DNA from: a virus
Lineage: Duplodnaviria; Caudoviricetes
IMG/VR virus record: IMGVR_UViG_3300043447_000710
Coordinates: 32,001-96,000 of that record
Direction: 5' to 3' (one strand)
DNA length: 64,000 bases
Shown: piece by piece, positions 19,718-29,547 of the stretch
How positions within the stretch are numbered: the first letter of the stretch is position 1
Layout of the letters: each line of letters starts with the position of its first letter
The notes under the pieces: generated by a model
What the model was told of the DNA's origin: nothing
The model's input: the letters and a program-made list of their open reading frames with translations, nothing else
The model's database searches: none
Program-made: the position numbers and the translations under genes

Positions 19718-22700
19718 GTGTTAACCTATCAAGCGCGGCTCGGCTCGAACTGTCATCAGCGAGCTGAAGCCGCCATTCCTTTATGTGTGATTACCGGTCT
19801 CAATCACAAGGATGTGTTGTTCGCACACGTTCCAGTAGCTAGTGATTGGGTAGTTCAATCCGTGTCTTGTAGCGTTCAGCGTTTTTGGAATGCTAGTTCT
19901 GCAGTAATCAACCTTACGTGCGCTTCTACAGAGATGCGTGAATTCGCACCACCGCTGCCTAGAATAAAACTGGCTCAAGACAATATCGAACATTATCTAG
20001 GTGAAGAAGATAATGTTTGTATTTGGTTGGGTTATGTTGACAGACTTTATAGTTCGGCTAGCGCTTTGTGGGAGTTGATGGAAGGAGACAATCCTCAATT
20101 TCTAAGAGTATTTATCGGCTCGATCGACACGATCGGTTTTACTGGAACCGACGCTGGCTTTAAATATACGATTCAATGCCGAGATCGAATGAAGCATTTG
20201 ATGGATACGCAAGTATCTCTAGCTCCATTTGATATCAAAGACGACCGTACGTATTTAAATCAAGCTTTAGGCGGGCAAGCTGACGCTGTTAATCGCTCTG
20301 ACGTAATTCTTAAGATCGCTCAACTAGGAGTCGGTTATGTAGATTTAGGTAAGGATAGTAATCCTACAGATCTCAATGGCATGAAGATTTTGCCAGGAAC
20401 CGTACATGACTTGGGTAAAGTCGCCGCCGCGAGTAAGAAAGCAGAGGACACTCGTAACAAAATCGACTATCCAGCCCCAGACCTTTTCTATAACTATGGA
20501 GATAAGCCTTTAGCAGCTAGCGTTAATAATAAGGTTTTGGATTTAGACTTTAACCCTAAGTTTAATATCATGACTGGCCGGCTGCCCTTCAACACTGAAA
20601 CGGTCGCGCGGGAATTTACAATCGAACAACAAGTACCGATAGAACTAATCAAACTATTATCCAATCAGGAAAGTTACCCGACAGAAGTATTTGCTTCGGT
20701 TAGGGATGGTAATTATTACTATTGTCCTAGAGGTACTGACTTAAGCGGGCTGACAGATCCAAAGCGTTTTTACCGTACGTATTACTACCGTGGCTATCAA
20801 CCAGAAGGAGTTGGAGACTCTGCTGTTATATCTAGTCTGAGCAAAAAGTATCCAAAAATTAAAGCTTTAGAATTCGACGTTCACGATAAAGCAGCGAAAG
20901 AAACAGTTGTAGAAATAGACGCTACTTTACCTTTCAACTCAAGTATAGATGTAGCGCAGGCGTGCCATAATTGGCGGGAAGAACGCACTACTGTAGGCAT
21001 GTACACTAATTTTCTAATCGTTAATAACTCGCCTAACAACACCAAGTCTGGAAACGTAATCATGATGCACATGGTTTCTCGCCCGCCGATTCTAGCGGGG
21101 CGAGCGATAGCTGGCAGAAATTATTACATTATCGATGACAATCTAACTACTAGAACCGAGGCGATAGCGTTAGGCGCTCAACAAGCAAGGCTTCATGGCA
21201 AACAGTTAAGATCTGCCTCTATGACTTTACTGGGAGATCCGAGCTTGACACCTGGAGAGTTAATTCAAGTTGTCGGTTCGCCGATGCATTCCCATCTTGC
21301 AGATTTAGAACTACTCGTACAAGAGCGTTATGGAGCGATTGAGTATTTACAAAGGGAGAGAGAAAGTCATAGCGACATCTTGACTAAAATTAAAAACTTA
21401 GACAAGCAAGCTCCAGATACCGAAACCGCTCCCTTAGTTTCAGGTAGTAACAAACCTAACGAAGGCAAGTTCGATCTTAATGTTTCTAAGGACTTAGTTA
21501 GTCTCGGCGGTAATAACGTCGATATGAGTAAAGGCAGTACAGAAGCTTCTTTTAAAGCTGGCAGTACTGAAGACGCCGTTCGAATTCGAGAAAGTAAAGA
21601 CTTTAAAGTCAGTGGTGTTGCCAACCCCTCAGAATCTTCTCAAAGTCAGCAGAATCAGCCGCCCACGACAGCTACAAGTTTTGAAGGAAAGCCTGGGGAA
21701 TTATTATACCCGCTTCCGAAAGAATACAGAATTAGTTCTGTGGCTCAAAAGAATCGTAAAAATCCAGTAACTGGTAGAACTGCAGACCACCGAGGTACGG
21801 ATTATCAGTGCCCTACAGGAACCGGAGTTTTAGCTACAGCAGCCGGACAGGTGATTACTTCAGCATTCGTTAGCGGCTATGGCGAGTACATCAAACTCGA
21901 TCACGGCAATGGAATCACAAGCGGTTACGCTCACTTAAACTTAAGACAAGTGACTGTCGGCCAAACCGTAACCGCAGGACAACAGATCGGATTATCTGGG
22001 AACACTGGTAATTCTACCGGACCTCACTTGCACTTTGAAATCTTTGTAAATGGTAATTGGCAGCCAACGGGAACGGTAGTGCCTCCAGGCTCTAGCGTTC
22101 CACCTCAATACTCTTCAGAACTTAAAGCGGCTTTAGGTAGTATTAATAGCAACATTGCTCCATCAGAAGTTAAGGTAGAACAGCAAAAGAAACAACCTGT
22201 TGCTAGATTAGAAGATATAGATTTTGTTGATGCTGGTGGAACTCTTAGCAGTACTATTAAAGCATTAAATAATTTTAAAGCGGCTTTAAAAACACAAAAG
22301 TATAATGGCAATCAAGTCAAGATCGAATTCGACTTTCCTTATTTAAAAGAGCCACAACTTAAAGAAAAGCCTAAAGTTTTAAAGACGGGCTTGATCGTTG
22401 AAATTACTAGCAACTCTGCTACTATTGAGTGGCTGGCAAACTTAGGACTTACTACGGATCTAATCTATTTAGGCCAGTTAGACATTAAGTATCAAAGTCT
22501 TTTTGCTTATGCGGGAGATGAGTCTAGTGTAAAGACACTGATCGAACTTCTTGTTTTTGCTAAGAGTCAAGGTATAAATCTTTTAAAGGACACTTCTAAG
22601 GCTGATAATATTTATCAGAAGTTAGCTGATAATTACGACACGTCTAAACCGGCAGTGCGGACTGAAACTTCGGAAACTTCTAAAGCGCTAAAAGGTAACG

Positions 22701-22831
22701 AACAACGCAATTCACATTTCGCTCAAGAGCCTCTATCTATGTTTCGCGTTGATGGAGTGCGCCATGATTTTAATGCCGCCGGTAAGGGAGGTTATACTTG
22801 TGAAATTATTATGTTAGGAATGGTGGGCTAA
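19718..22831 (+). CDS. Baseplate hub protein with inserted M23 metallopeptidase
   Basis: Hub-type motifs IQCRDRMKHL, LLGDPSLTPGELIQV and FRVDGVRHDF...GYTCEI; M23 motifs HRGTD, YAHL and GNSTGPHLHFE. Confidence 0.8.
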   Translation: MLTYQARLGSNCHQRAEAAIPLCVITGLNHKDVLFAHVPVASDWVVQSVSCSVQRFWNASSAVINLTCASTEMREFAPPLPRIKLAQDNIEHYLGEEDNVCIWLGYVDRLYSSASALWELMEGDNPQFLRVFIGSIDTIGFTGTDAGFKYTIQCRDRMKHLMDTQVSLAPFDIKDDRTYLNQALGGQADAVNRSDVILKIAQLGVGYVDLGKDSNPTDLNGMKILPGTVHDLGKVAAASKKAEDTRNKIDYPAPDLFYNYGDKPLAASVNNKVLDLDFNPKFNIMTGRLPFNTETVAREFTIEQQVPIELIKLLSNQESYPTEVFASVRDGNYYYCPRGTDLSGLTDPKRFYRTYYYRGYQPEGVGDSAVISSLSKKYPKIKALEFDVHDKAAKETVVEIDATLPFNSSIDVAQACHNWREERTTVGMYTNFLIVNNSPNNTKSGNVIMMHMVSRPPILAGRAIAGRNYYIIDDNLTTRTEAIALGAQQARLHGKQLRSASMTLLGDPSLTPGELIQVVGSPMHSHLADLELLVQERYGAIEYLQRERESHSDILTKIKNLDKQAPDTETAPLVSGSNKPNEGKFDLNVSKDLVSLGGNNVDMSKGSTEASFKAGSTEDAVRIRESKDFKVSGVANPSESSQSQQNQPPTTATSFEGKPGELLYPLPKEYRISSVAQKNRKNPVTGRTADHRGTDYQCPTGTGVLATAAGQVITSAFVSGYGEYIKLDHGNGITSGYAHLNLRQVTVGQTVTAGQQIGLSGNTGNSTGPHLHFEIFVNGNWQPTGTVVPPGSSVPPQYSSELKAALGSINSNIAPSEVKVEQQKKQPVARLEDIDFVDAGGTLSSTIKALNNFKAALKTQKYNGNQVKIEFDFPYLKEPQLKEKPKVLKTGLIVEITSNSATIEWLANLGLTTDLIYLGQLDIKYQSLFAYAGDESSVKTLIELLVFAKSQGINLLKDTSKADNIYQKLADNYDTSKPAVRTETSETSKALKGNEQRNSHFAQEPLSMFRVDGVRHDFNAAGKGGYTCEIIMLGMVG

Positions 22832-25800
22832 TGTCTTTATATGATGTGAGCCGCGACTATGCTCGCCAATTTAGTTTCAATCAATTAGGCTATCCAGCCC
22901 AGCGGCAAGCGTTAGGTAACTCTCAAGCCGTAGTCACTCGATGGGTAGTACAGGCTAAAAACACGTTACTACAAAATTTACAGCAGCGTCAAATTGCCAC
23001 TAACGTTAATAGTGGTACGCGCAATTTAATTACGCCAAGTTATGGAATCGGTCCTGGACTAGGAATGGTATTTCCTAAATCCGCACCTGGAACTACCATA
23101 ACCGCACTGCCAATCGGAACCGAAGTATTTAATTTAGGAGCTAGCAATATATCGCCTACGGGTAACTCCGTTTATACCTACTCTCGAAGTCAAGCTTATT
23201 TAGGCGTATCGCTACCTTCGGGACTAACAACTAACGTCAAACATGCTGGGGGTTATAGTTATACGTCTGGAATTTCCAGTCAGGCTAGTTTCGATTGGAC
23301 TGAGTTTAGCTATCTAAATATCATTCCCGGCGCTAGTACTACAGTAGACCCCTTAACTTCTAGTAATTATCAAAGCATCCCCCATATAGCTAGTACTGTC
23401 AGTAGCACTAGTGTTTATAGCACGGCTCAATTAGATAGTGTTTCTTCTCAACTAATATCTTTAGCAAAGATAGCTACTAACAACAAAGCGTATTTAAAAG
23501 CGCAAGAAGTAGTAGTAGGTGCTATCGATCCTGTGGATAAACGCGAAGCAGAAGCAGCAATTATAGGTACTGAAGAAGAAGTCCGCGCGCGATCGAAACA
23601 ATTTAAGCTAGAAGCTCTGCGCTCCTTAGCAGACTTAGCTAGTTTAGCTTTGGCTTCTGAAGTTGGAGCCAGTGCGGCATATCCAGCTCTATACGCACTT
23701 GCTAATAGTGCGTGGTTAGACAAAACTAACGTAGAAATTTTTAAGCAGATTGCAGCTATAGAAGCAAATCCAACTTTTAAGCAAATAGCTGGGCTTGTAA
23801 GTACGGTTAATAAATATCTGCCTCAAGCTCAGAGTATTTACAACTTTCTGTTTCCGTCGTCAGGACCAAAACTAGTAACGCAAGGAGCTAGTATAGACTT
23901 AGGCACGTTAACTATCAAGCCTAACTACCAGCCTCAGCTAGATAGAATTAACAACTTTTTACCCGTAGCGCATAGACTAACTTTAAACGCCGAACAAACC
24001 GAATTAAAGTTAGGTGCTTTTGTGTGTGCGCTTGGTTCTATATTCCCCTTCGACCTCAAGTTTAGAAATTATATAGACGCAACTAATAAGTACTTACCAT
24101 CCGACTTTAAGTTTAAGTACGGGATAGAAGATCGCATTATATTAGTAACTCCAGGCATAGTGATTTCTCAAGCTCAAGGTTTATTAATTGCAGATAAAGC
24201 CTTAGAAGTTGGCAAATTACTAACTGCGAATCTTAAGTGTGGTAATTACGCAGAGCCAGAAATTGTTGTTGCTGCAAGTAACTTTACCAGTAGCTCTAAT
24301 ACAACGGTTGTAAAAGACTCGGTAAGAATATTACGAACTACATTGTTATCTACATTAGGCGGTACGTTTGATTGGGACGCTTCACCGCCTAAACCAAACG
24401 TTAGAGGAATCGCAAACCTAGCAGAGAAGTTTCTCAATACAGCGCTGCCAGATAATCTACCAATTAAGCTAGGTACTGACAGCAATGGTTTGAGTTCGAT
24501 TGGATTGGGTTTACTCCAGGCGCGTAGGACTAGTGCGACAACTTGGGAATTTTCTTTACCTACAGTTAACGACCTTAATTCTGGAATCGAAGTAATTGCT
24601 TCTTTGAGCCCGACTCCGCCGGATCTAACTTTTATCCGCGAGTCGTTAGGCCAATTAACTAGTTTTTATCAAGAGCATCGAAAAGAGTTTATTAATTTCT
24701 TTGGCGGCCAAGATGTTGTTGGTAATTTACTAAGGTTACCTAAAAGTAAGATTAAGCTAGATTTAAGTACTGGAATCAGACTCGAAGGTAAGTTTGGAAA
24801 ACCTGAAGAAGACTTTGCAGATCTAGGAGATATTGCAACTACTACGATATCTGGAGGGTATCTAGATGCTCAAGCTGTTGCTAATTTTACCCAACGCCCG
24901 ACCTTTGCCGGCAGTTTGTTACCACTATTAAGTTGGTTAGACTCTGCTTTAGAACGCAATGCTAGTAATGGGAGTTTAGGCCGCTCCGACGCCGGACTAT
25001 CTTTAGTTACTGGAAAGATAGTTACTAATAACGGTACCAACTATTCTTTATTAGCATCTCTATGTCTGGACGTTGGAACTTTAATCCCAACTGGGGAATT
25101 AGACCCGCTTGGCGACACAGACAGTACTGGGAGTACAGGACTGGACAATGTAGTCGATAACCCAGCCGAGCCGTTGGCTGCAGAACCTACAGGTACTTTA
25201 GACCCACAATCGACTAGAGACTTATTAGAAGCACAATTAATTCAGCTAGGTTTGGCAGAAAGAGCTGAGAATTTAATCGACTCTTTAGACACTTTCTTGT
25301 ATCCGCCTGTATTTGAATTTGACGATGATGACAACGTAGTAGAGGTAGTAGACGATCGAGATAGAAGCGAGCGCGAACTAGACCCGATTGCTATCGATCT
25401 TACGCCGAGCTTCGGTGATTTTTTAAATGTTGTCGAAGCCTTAAGCGATTTACCGGCTCAGCAATTACTAGGAGGGTTGACTGTCAGCGGCGGGCTAGAA
25501 ACTGCTACAGCTCCAGTAGCCAGAGCTACTGCTATTAGATATAGAGAGCGTCTAGATTGTCAAAGCCTTACTTATTATCAATCGGCATTGCAGACAACGG
25601 CTACTACAGAAGACTTTCCAACTTACGCAACTAGTTACGGAATTCAAGCTAGACCTTTTCAAGAGTACGTTGATAACCCAATTGCTGTAGTAGATTTACT
25701 AGATAACGTCGAACCCCGTTTAAGGCCGGCAATCGAACGATTGTTAATCGGCGACCTGGTAGGGTTCTTTCGACAAGCAATCTGGGCTAAGGCTGGAGTC

Positions 25801-25920
25801 GATATTTATTACATGCCGAGACAGTATCTAATGTTGCAAACTAACGTCAGAGGTTATTATGGTGGCGCCGTACCTAGCTCCAACCCAACTCGCGACTGGC
25901 AGGACGAACTGACATGGTAA
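22831..25920 (+). CDS. Large virion/baseplate-associated protein, function unknown
   Basis: 1029 aa, translationally coupled (TAATG) to the hub gene. Confidence 0.6.
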   Translation: MSLYDVSRDYARQFSFNQLGYPAQRQALGNSQAVVTRWVVQAKNTLLQNLQQRQIATNVNSGTRNLITPSYGIGPGLGMVFPKSAPGTTITALPIGTEVFNLGASNISPTGNSVYTYSRSQAYLGVSLPSGLTTNVKHAGGYSYTSGISSQASFDWTEFSYLNIIPGASTTVDPLTSSNYQSIPHIASTVSSTSVYSTAQLDSVSSQLISLAKIATNNKAYLKAQEVVVGAIDPVDKREAEAAIIGTEEEVRARSKQFKLEALRSLADLASLALASEVGASAAYPALYALANSAWLDKTNVEIFKQIAAIEANPTFKQIAGLVSTVNKYLPQAQSIYNFLFPSSGPKLVTQGASIDLGTLTIKPNYQPQLDRINNFLPVAHRLTLNAEQTELKLGAFVCALGSIFPFDLKFRNYIDATNKYLPSDFKFKYGIEDRIILVTPGIVISQAQGLLIADKALEVGKLLTANLKCGNYAEPEIVVAASNFTSSSNTTVVKDSVRILRTTLLSTLGGTFDWDASPPKPNVRGIANLAEKFLNTALPDNLPIKLGTDSNGLSSIGLGLLQARRTSATTWEFSLPTVNDLNSGIEVIASLSPTPPDLTFIRESLGQLTSFYQEHRKEFINFFGGQDVVGNLLRLPKSKIKLDLSTGIRLEGKFGKPEEDFADLGDIATTTISGGYLDAQAVANFTQRPTFAGSLLPLLSWLDSALERNASNGSLGRSDAGLSLVTGKIVTNNGTNYSLLASLCLDVGTLIPTGELDPLGDTDSTGSTGLDNVVDNPAEPLAAEPTGTLDPQSTRDLLEAQLIQLGLAERAENLIDSLDTFLYPPVFEFDDDDNVVEVVDDRDRSERELDPIAIDLTPSFGDFLNVVEALSDLPAQQLLGGLTVSGGLETATAPVARATAIRYRERLDCQSLTYYQSALQTTATTEDFPTYATSYGIQARPFQEYVDNPIAVVDLLDNVEPRLRPAIERLLIGDLVGFFRQAIWAKAGVDIYYMPRQYLMLQTNVRGYYGGAVPSSNPTRDWQDELTW

Positions 25921-26126
25921 ATAAGAGAAGAAATTACAACGCTCCCTTTGGTAAAAGTCCTGGTAATTATTGTTTGTTTTGCGAAGCTAAACTAAAAAGG
26001 TTTCATCCGATTTATTGCGCGGATATAATTGTAGCCAGAGATTGGGAAACGCGAAGACTAGCGGGCTTCGTGCACGAGAATTGTCAAGATTGGGATTCGA
26101 AAGGTTCTGATGAAGTACATTTATAA
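25914..26126 (+). CDS. Small putative Zn-binding protein
   Basis: CLFC...HENC; overlaps both neighbours by a few nt. Confidence 0.5.
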   Translation: MVNKRRNYNAPFGKSPGNYCLFCEAKLKRFHPIYCADIIVARDWETRRLAGFVHENCQDWDSKGSDEVHL

Positions 26127-27195
26127 GACTCAAGAAGTAACTAGAAGCGGCTCTCTTAAATCAAACAGTAGATACGACAGCCTGGAAAAACAGCGTTACT
26201 TAGCTATAGAAGCCGCCAGAACTAATTGGGAGTATCAAACAGAGTTAAACGCGCCCACAGTAGTAGAAAATGTTAAGCAATACGGTGACTGGCTGCTGAC
26301 TCAGCTACGGCGAGAACTGATTAGATGTGTAGCTTTTAAGGAAGAGGATGGCTCACAGCTAACTTCGGCAACAATTAATTATTGGAAGATATTTCCTAAA
26401 GCTAAGTTAGTTCCCGAACCTGTAGTAAGAGTTTATTCAATCGGCGGTAAGCTTGGATCGCTAGCTGCCTATACTTGCTGCCAAGGACTTAATTGGAGTG
26501 CGAAGCCTTTAGAGTTAAGTAAGGAAATCACAGAAAGCGTATGGAAGGAATTATTAGTAAGCCCAGAACTTTCGCCAGTTTCTAAATTAAAAGCATTGTT
26601 TATAAATCTTGACTTAGATTTTGAGTACGTAAGAGCCTGCGAAAAAGCTTTGAAACTTAAGAGTCAAAGCGGCGACTTCAAACTAAGGCAACACGCTTTA
26701 GACGCCAACGCTTTTGACAGACTACCGCTAAGAATCTTGCTATCTGAAGTAAGTCTGATAGCTATTAAGTACTGGTCTGAATTTCATGTCGAAGCAAATC
26801 TCAACCCTACTGTAGCTTCTAACTACAGCCTACCTAATGCTGGTTACGGTAGACCATACCATCACTTTCAAATGTGTGTGGCTTTAGGCCAAAGCGCGGG
26901 GTTTAGCTTTTTGTTGCAGACTTTAGCGTGTGAAATGTTAGCTAAAGCTTATGAAGTAATAGCAGATCTACCAGAACTTTTAACGTTAGATGTTTTAGAA
27001 AGAGATCCTAACTTTACTCGCGTGAGAGAAGGTTTGAGTGCGAGATTAAATGCTATTGCTGAAGCTATTTCAATTCAAGGTACTTTTGGAGCGCTAACTA
27101 GTGCAGAAGCTAGAAGTCAAGAATGGGTGGCTGAAGCTAATCGCTGGGGTGGTTATAAAGATTTAGACTTTAATATCAAAGACTTACTTATCTAA
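26110..27195 (+). CDS. Hypothetical protein
   Basis: 361-aa track ORF, coupled to the next gene. Confidence 0.7.
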   Translation: MKYIYKTQEVTRSGSLKSNSRYDSLEKQRYLAIEAARTNWEYQTELNAPTVVENVKQYGDWLLTQLRRELIRCVAFKEEDGSQLTSATINYWKIFPKAKLVPEPVVRVYSIGGKLGSLAAYTCCQGLNWSAKPLELSKEITESVWKELLVSPELSPVSKLKALFINLDLDFEYVRACEKALKLKSQSGDFKLRQHALDANAFDRLPLRILLSEVSLIAIKYWSEFHVEANLNPTVASNYSLPNAGYGRPYHHFQMCVALGQSAGFSFLLQTLACEMLAKAYEVIADLPELLTLDVLERDPNFTRVREGLSARLNAIAEAISIQGTFGALTSAEARSQEWVAEANRWGGYKDLDFNIKDLLI

Positions 27196-28163
27196 TGAGT
27201 GCTAATCCGTACGCTAGAGTTGGAGTTGTAGATCCTAATTATAGTACTACAATCCTTCCACAATTAAGAGAGTATCTAACTAAAGGAGCTCAGTTTAATG
27301 CTTATAACAGCGCCGACAGATTGAGCGGCTGGTTTATAGGTAACTTTACTAGCTCTCACGTTAGAAGTGAAGTGCCTAAGCTACGAATAAGCTTAACAGA
27401 CAAAGCTACACGGTCTGCCGTAGATAGTTACATCGACCATCTTAAGGTCGTAGGTGATGGAATCGTATCTGCTTTAGCTACATATAAAGTAGATACTAAC
27501 GGAGACAGACGAGCTGTAGCTGGGGAGATCGGCCAGTTCTGCAACTTTCTAAACGTTTTAGCCACGACGGCTTGCGTTAACTACGGCTTCGTTCACACTA
27601 GCGCTCGCTCTCACGTTTATCACTGTAGTTCGCATAATCAACAGACAGATACGTTTCAAGCCGGCAGCAAGTTCTTTTGGTTTAGAGCTGAAAAGCACTT
27701 TCAAATCCAAGCAGCCACCAGCAGTGTTTACGTAACATCTACTGCAGAAGATTTTTACAAACGTCATTTTTATAGAGCCGCAGAATATAAAGCTAACGTT
27801 AAGTCTTTTCAGCTTAACGGACTTGAATACGTATTAGATAGCGGACGGATTCACTTAGCTGGAAAGAAAATAGAATTAACTCCTACAGAAACTCTAAACG
27901 TAAATACTAAGAAGCTCGCAGTTAACTCTTCCCAAACACTTAGTATAGCTAGTAGTTCTACTATTACGATTTCTGGCTCGCAGATCTTTCTCGGTAGATT
28001 GGCGTCAGCGCCTCCTCCTCCTCCTGTTAGTGAGGTTCCTACTGGGCTAGAAGTTGTAGAAATAGAAGACTTGCCAACTTATCAACGGGGGATTACTGTA
28101 GCCAATCAAAAACTACCCGTCGTTAACTACGGCTCGCAGCAGTTTACCGTGCCGCCTATCTAA
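27195..28163 (+). CDS. Probable baseplate spike-like protein
   Basis: C-terminal short beta-strand repeats ending TITISGSQIFLG, as in gp5/gpV/VgrG beta-helices. Confidence 0.5.
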   Translation: MSANPYARVGVVDPNYSTTILPQLREYLTKGAQFNAYNSADRLSGWFIGNFTSSHVRSEVPKLRISLTDKATRSAVDSYIDHLKVVGDGIVSALATYKVDTNGDRRAVAGEIGQFCNFLNVLATTACVNYGFVHTSARSHVYHCSSHNQQTDTFQAGSKFFWFRAEKHFQIQAATSSVYVTSTAEDFYKRHFYRAAEYKANVKSFQLNGLEYVLDSGRIHLAGKKIELTPTETLNVNTKKLAVNSSQTLSIASSSTITISGSQIFLGRLASAPPPPPVSEVPTGLEVVEIEDLPTYQRGITVANQKLPVVNYGSQQFTVPPI

Positions 28164-28175
28164 GATTTACATTTA

Positions 28176-28289
28176 ATGCAAACAGAACATGCAATTCTAA
28201 GTGCCTTTCTAACCTTTTTAGGAATTTTAATAATTAGTGGAGTTATGTTGATTGTAGCTCTATGGTGTAATGCTGACGATCCAAAGTAA
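28176..28289 (+). CDS. Small single-TM membrane protein (37 aa), not in the track
   Basis: MQTEHAILSAFLTFLGILIISGVMLIVALWCNADDPK* fills the gap between genes. Confidence 0.5.
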   Translation: MQTEHAILSAFLTFLGILIISGVMLIVALWCNADDPK

Positions 28290-28839
28290 AACACAAACGA
28301 CTGTAATTTTACTAGCGTCTTCACCTCTTAAAGCAGGGACGTTAGTAGAGTTTTTACCATCAGGAGTTCGAGCGAGTGTCGGTAGGTATCTAGGCCAGCG
28401 TACGTATGAAGTTAAAGTTGCCATTGGTAATGATGATGCAGTAAGACTTGCTGATTGGTGGCGGCTAAAACAGCCAGAAAGTTTTAAGCTAATGGCTCCG
28501 CTTCAATTCTTCGAATCAGGCAACGGCGCAACTTTAGACATAACTACTAACGTTTTACCTACAAATCATATTGCTGGAAGTTTGGGCTGGGACTTATGGT
28601 ACCGCCCCGACAACTTACATCCGTGGTTTGAAGTAGCCGCAGGTAACGATCTAGAAGTTAGAGGAAAAGCTATAGGTAAAATCGATGATGCGGCTTGGCC
28701 TGCAGGATTGTGGTTGTTTAAAGCTACAGCGTTCTATAAAACTAATCTAGTTCCTGTCAGTAACGCTCAATTTAGCTGGGAATTAAAAGAAGTTACAGAG
28801 ACAATACTTAAAACTTACGAGTTGCAACTAGGAGCGTAA
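28270..28839 (+). CDS. Hypothetical protein
   Basis: 189-aa track ORF. Confidence 0.65.
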   Translation: MLTIQSKTQTTVILLASSPLKAGTLVEFLPSGVRASVGRYLGQRTYEVKVAIGNDDAVRLADWWRLKQPESFKLMAPLQFFESGNGATLDITTNVLPTNHIAGSLGWDLWYRPDNLHPWFEVAAGNDLEVRGKAIGKIDDAAWPAGLWLFKATAFYKTNLVPVSNAQFSWELKEVTETILKTYELQLGA

Positions 28840-29361
28840 ATGAAATACGGAATCGATTGCGGTCATAATTGTACGCCAGTAGATACTGGCGCTGTCGCTA
28901 TTGCGGTAGAAGATAAACTTACTAAAGCTGTGGGCACGCATTTAATGGCAATGCTTGCTGCAAAGGGGCACGAAGTTGTAGACTGTACGCCTTTAAAAGC
29001 GACTAGTCTTACTGACTCTCTAAACCGCCGCGTTAGAAAAGCTAATGAAAGTGGAGTGGATCTTTACGTTTCGATCCACTTTAATGCCTATCAAGACAGT
29101 GACGAGCCAATGGGAACTGAAGTGTTTGCTTTGAGTGCTAAAGCAAAAAGTGTAGCTACTAAAGTACTTGCTGGCTTAATAAGCCTAGGTTTTAAAGACA
29201 GAGGCGTTAAGTCAGCGCCCCTGTATGTAATTAAAAACACTTACATGCCAGCAATATTAATAGAAGTCTGTTTTATAGACTCTAAGGCTGATATGGAAAT
29301 TTATCAAAAGGTCGGAGCTAAGACGATCGCAGGTAAAATCTGCGAAGGTTTAACTTGTTGA
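28840..29361 (+). CDS. N-acetylmuramoyl-L-alanine amidase (Amidase_3 endolysin)
   Basis: IDCGH, E, VSIHFNA and PAILIEVCFID zinc-amidase motifs. Confidence 0.92.
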   Translation: MKYGIDCGHNCTPVDTGAVAIAVEDKLTKAVGTHLMAMLAAKGHEVVDCTPLKATSLTDSLNRRVRKANESGVDLYVSIHFNAYQDSDEPMGTEVFALSAKAKSVATKVLAGLISLGFKDRGVKSAPLYVIKNTYMPAILIEVCFIDSKADMEIYQKVGAKTIAGKICEGLTC

Positions 29362-29476
29362 CACTCCGTTCTCCTGAATCAAAGTCCAATTCATCTGGCT
29401 CGCTATCACTTGCTTGGTTGTCTTGAGGCTCTTTAAGTCGCACGTTAATTTCCGATGAGCGATCATCGTTATACAT
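29318..29476 (-). CDS. Possible small acidic protein (MYNDDRSSE...), ATG abutting the IS right end
   Basis: ATG directly follows the TCAA end of the IS; the reconstructed empty site reads CTACCTAT|ATGTATAAC. Confidence 0.3.
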   Translation of the reverse strand: MYNDDRSSEINVRLKEPQDNQASDSEPDELDFDSGERSVNKLNLRRFYLRSS

Positions 29477-29547
29477 TTGACGTACTCCCCGGCATGAATG
29501 CGCGGGGATTCTCAAAGGTTGTCTTGCGGTGGGCTAAAGCCACACCT

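Noticed and set aside
10680-27767. Many short antisense or overlapping track ORFs within structural genes
   Set aside because: They lie within well-supported longer genes and have no recognisable motifs.
29358-29370. TTGACACTCC resembling an IS605 right-end terminus
   Set aside because: There is no adjoining subterminal hairpin, and it overlaps the amidase stop codon.
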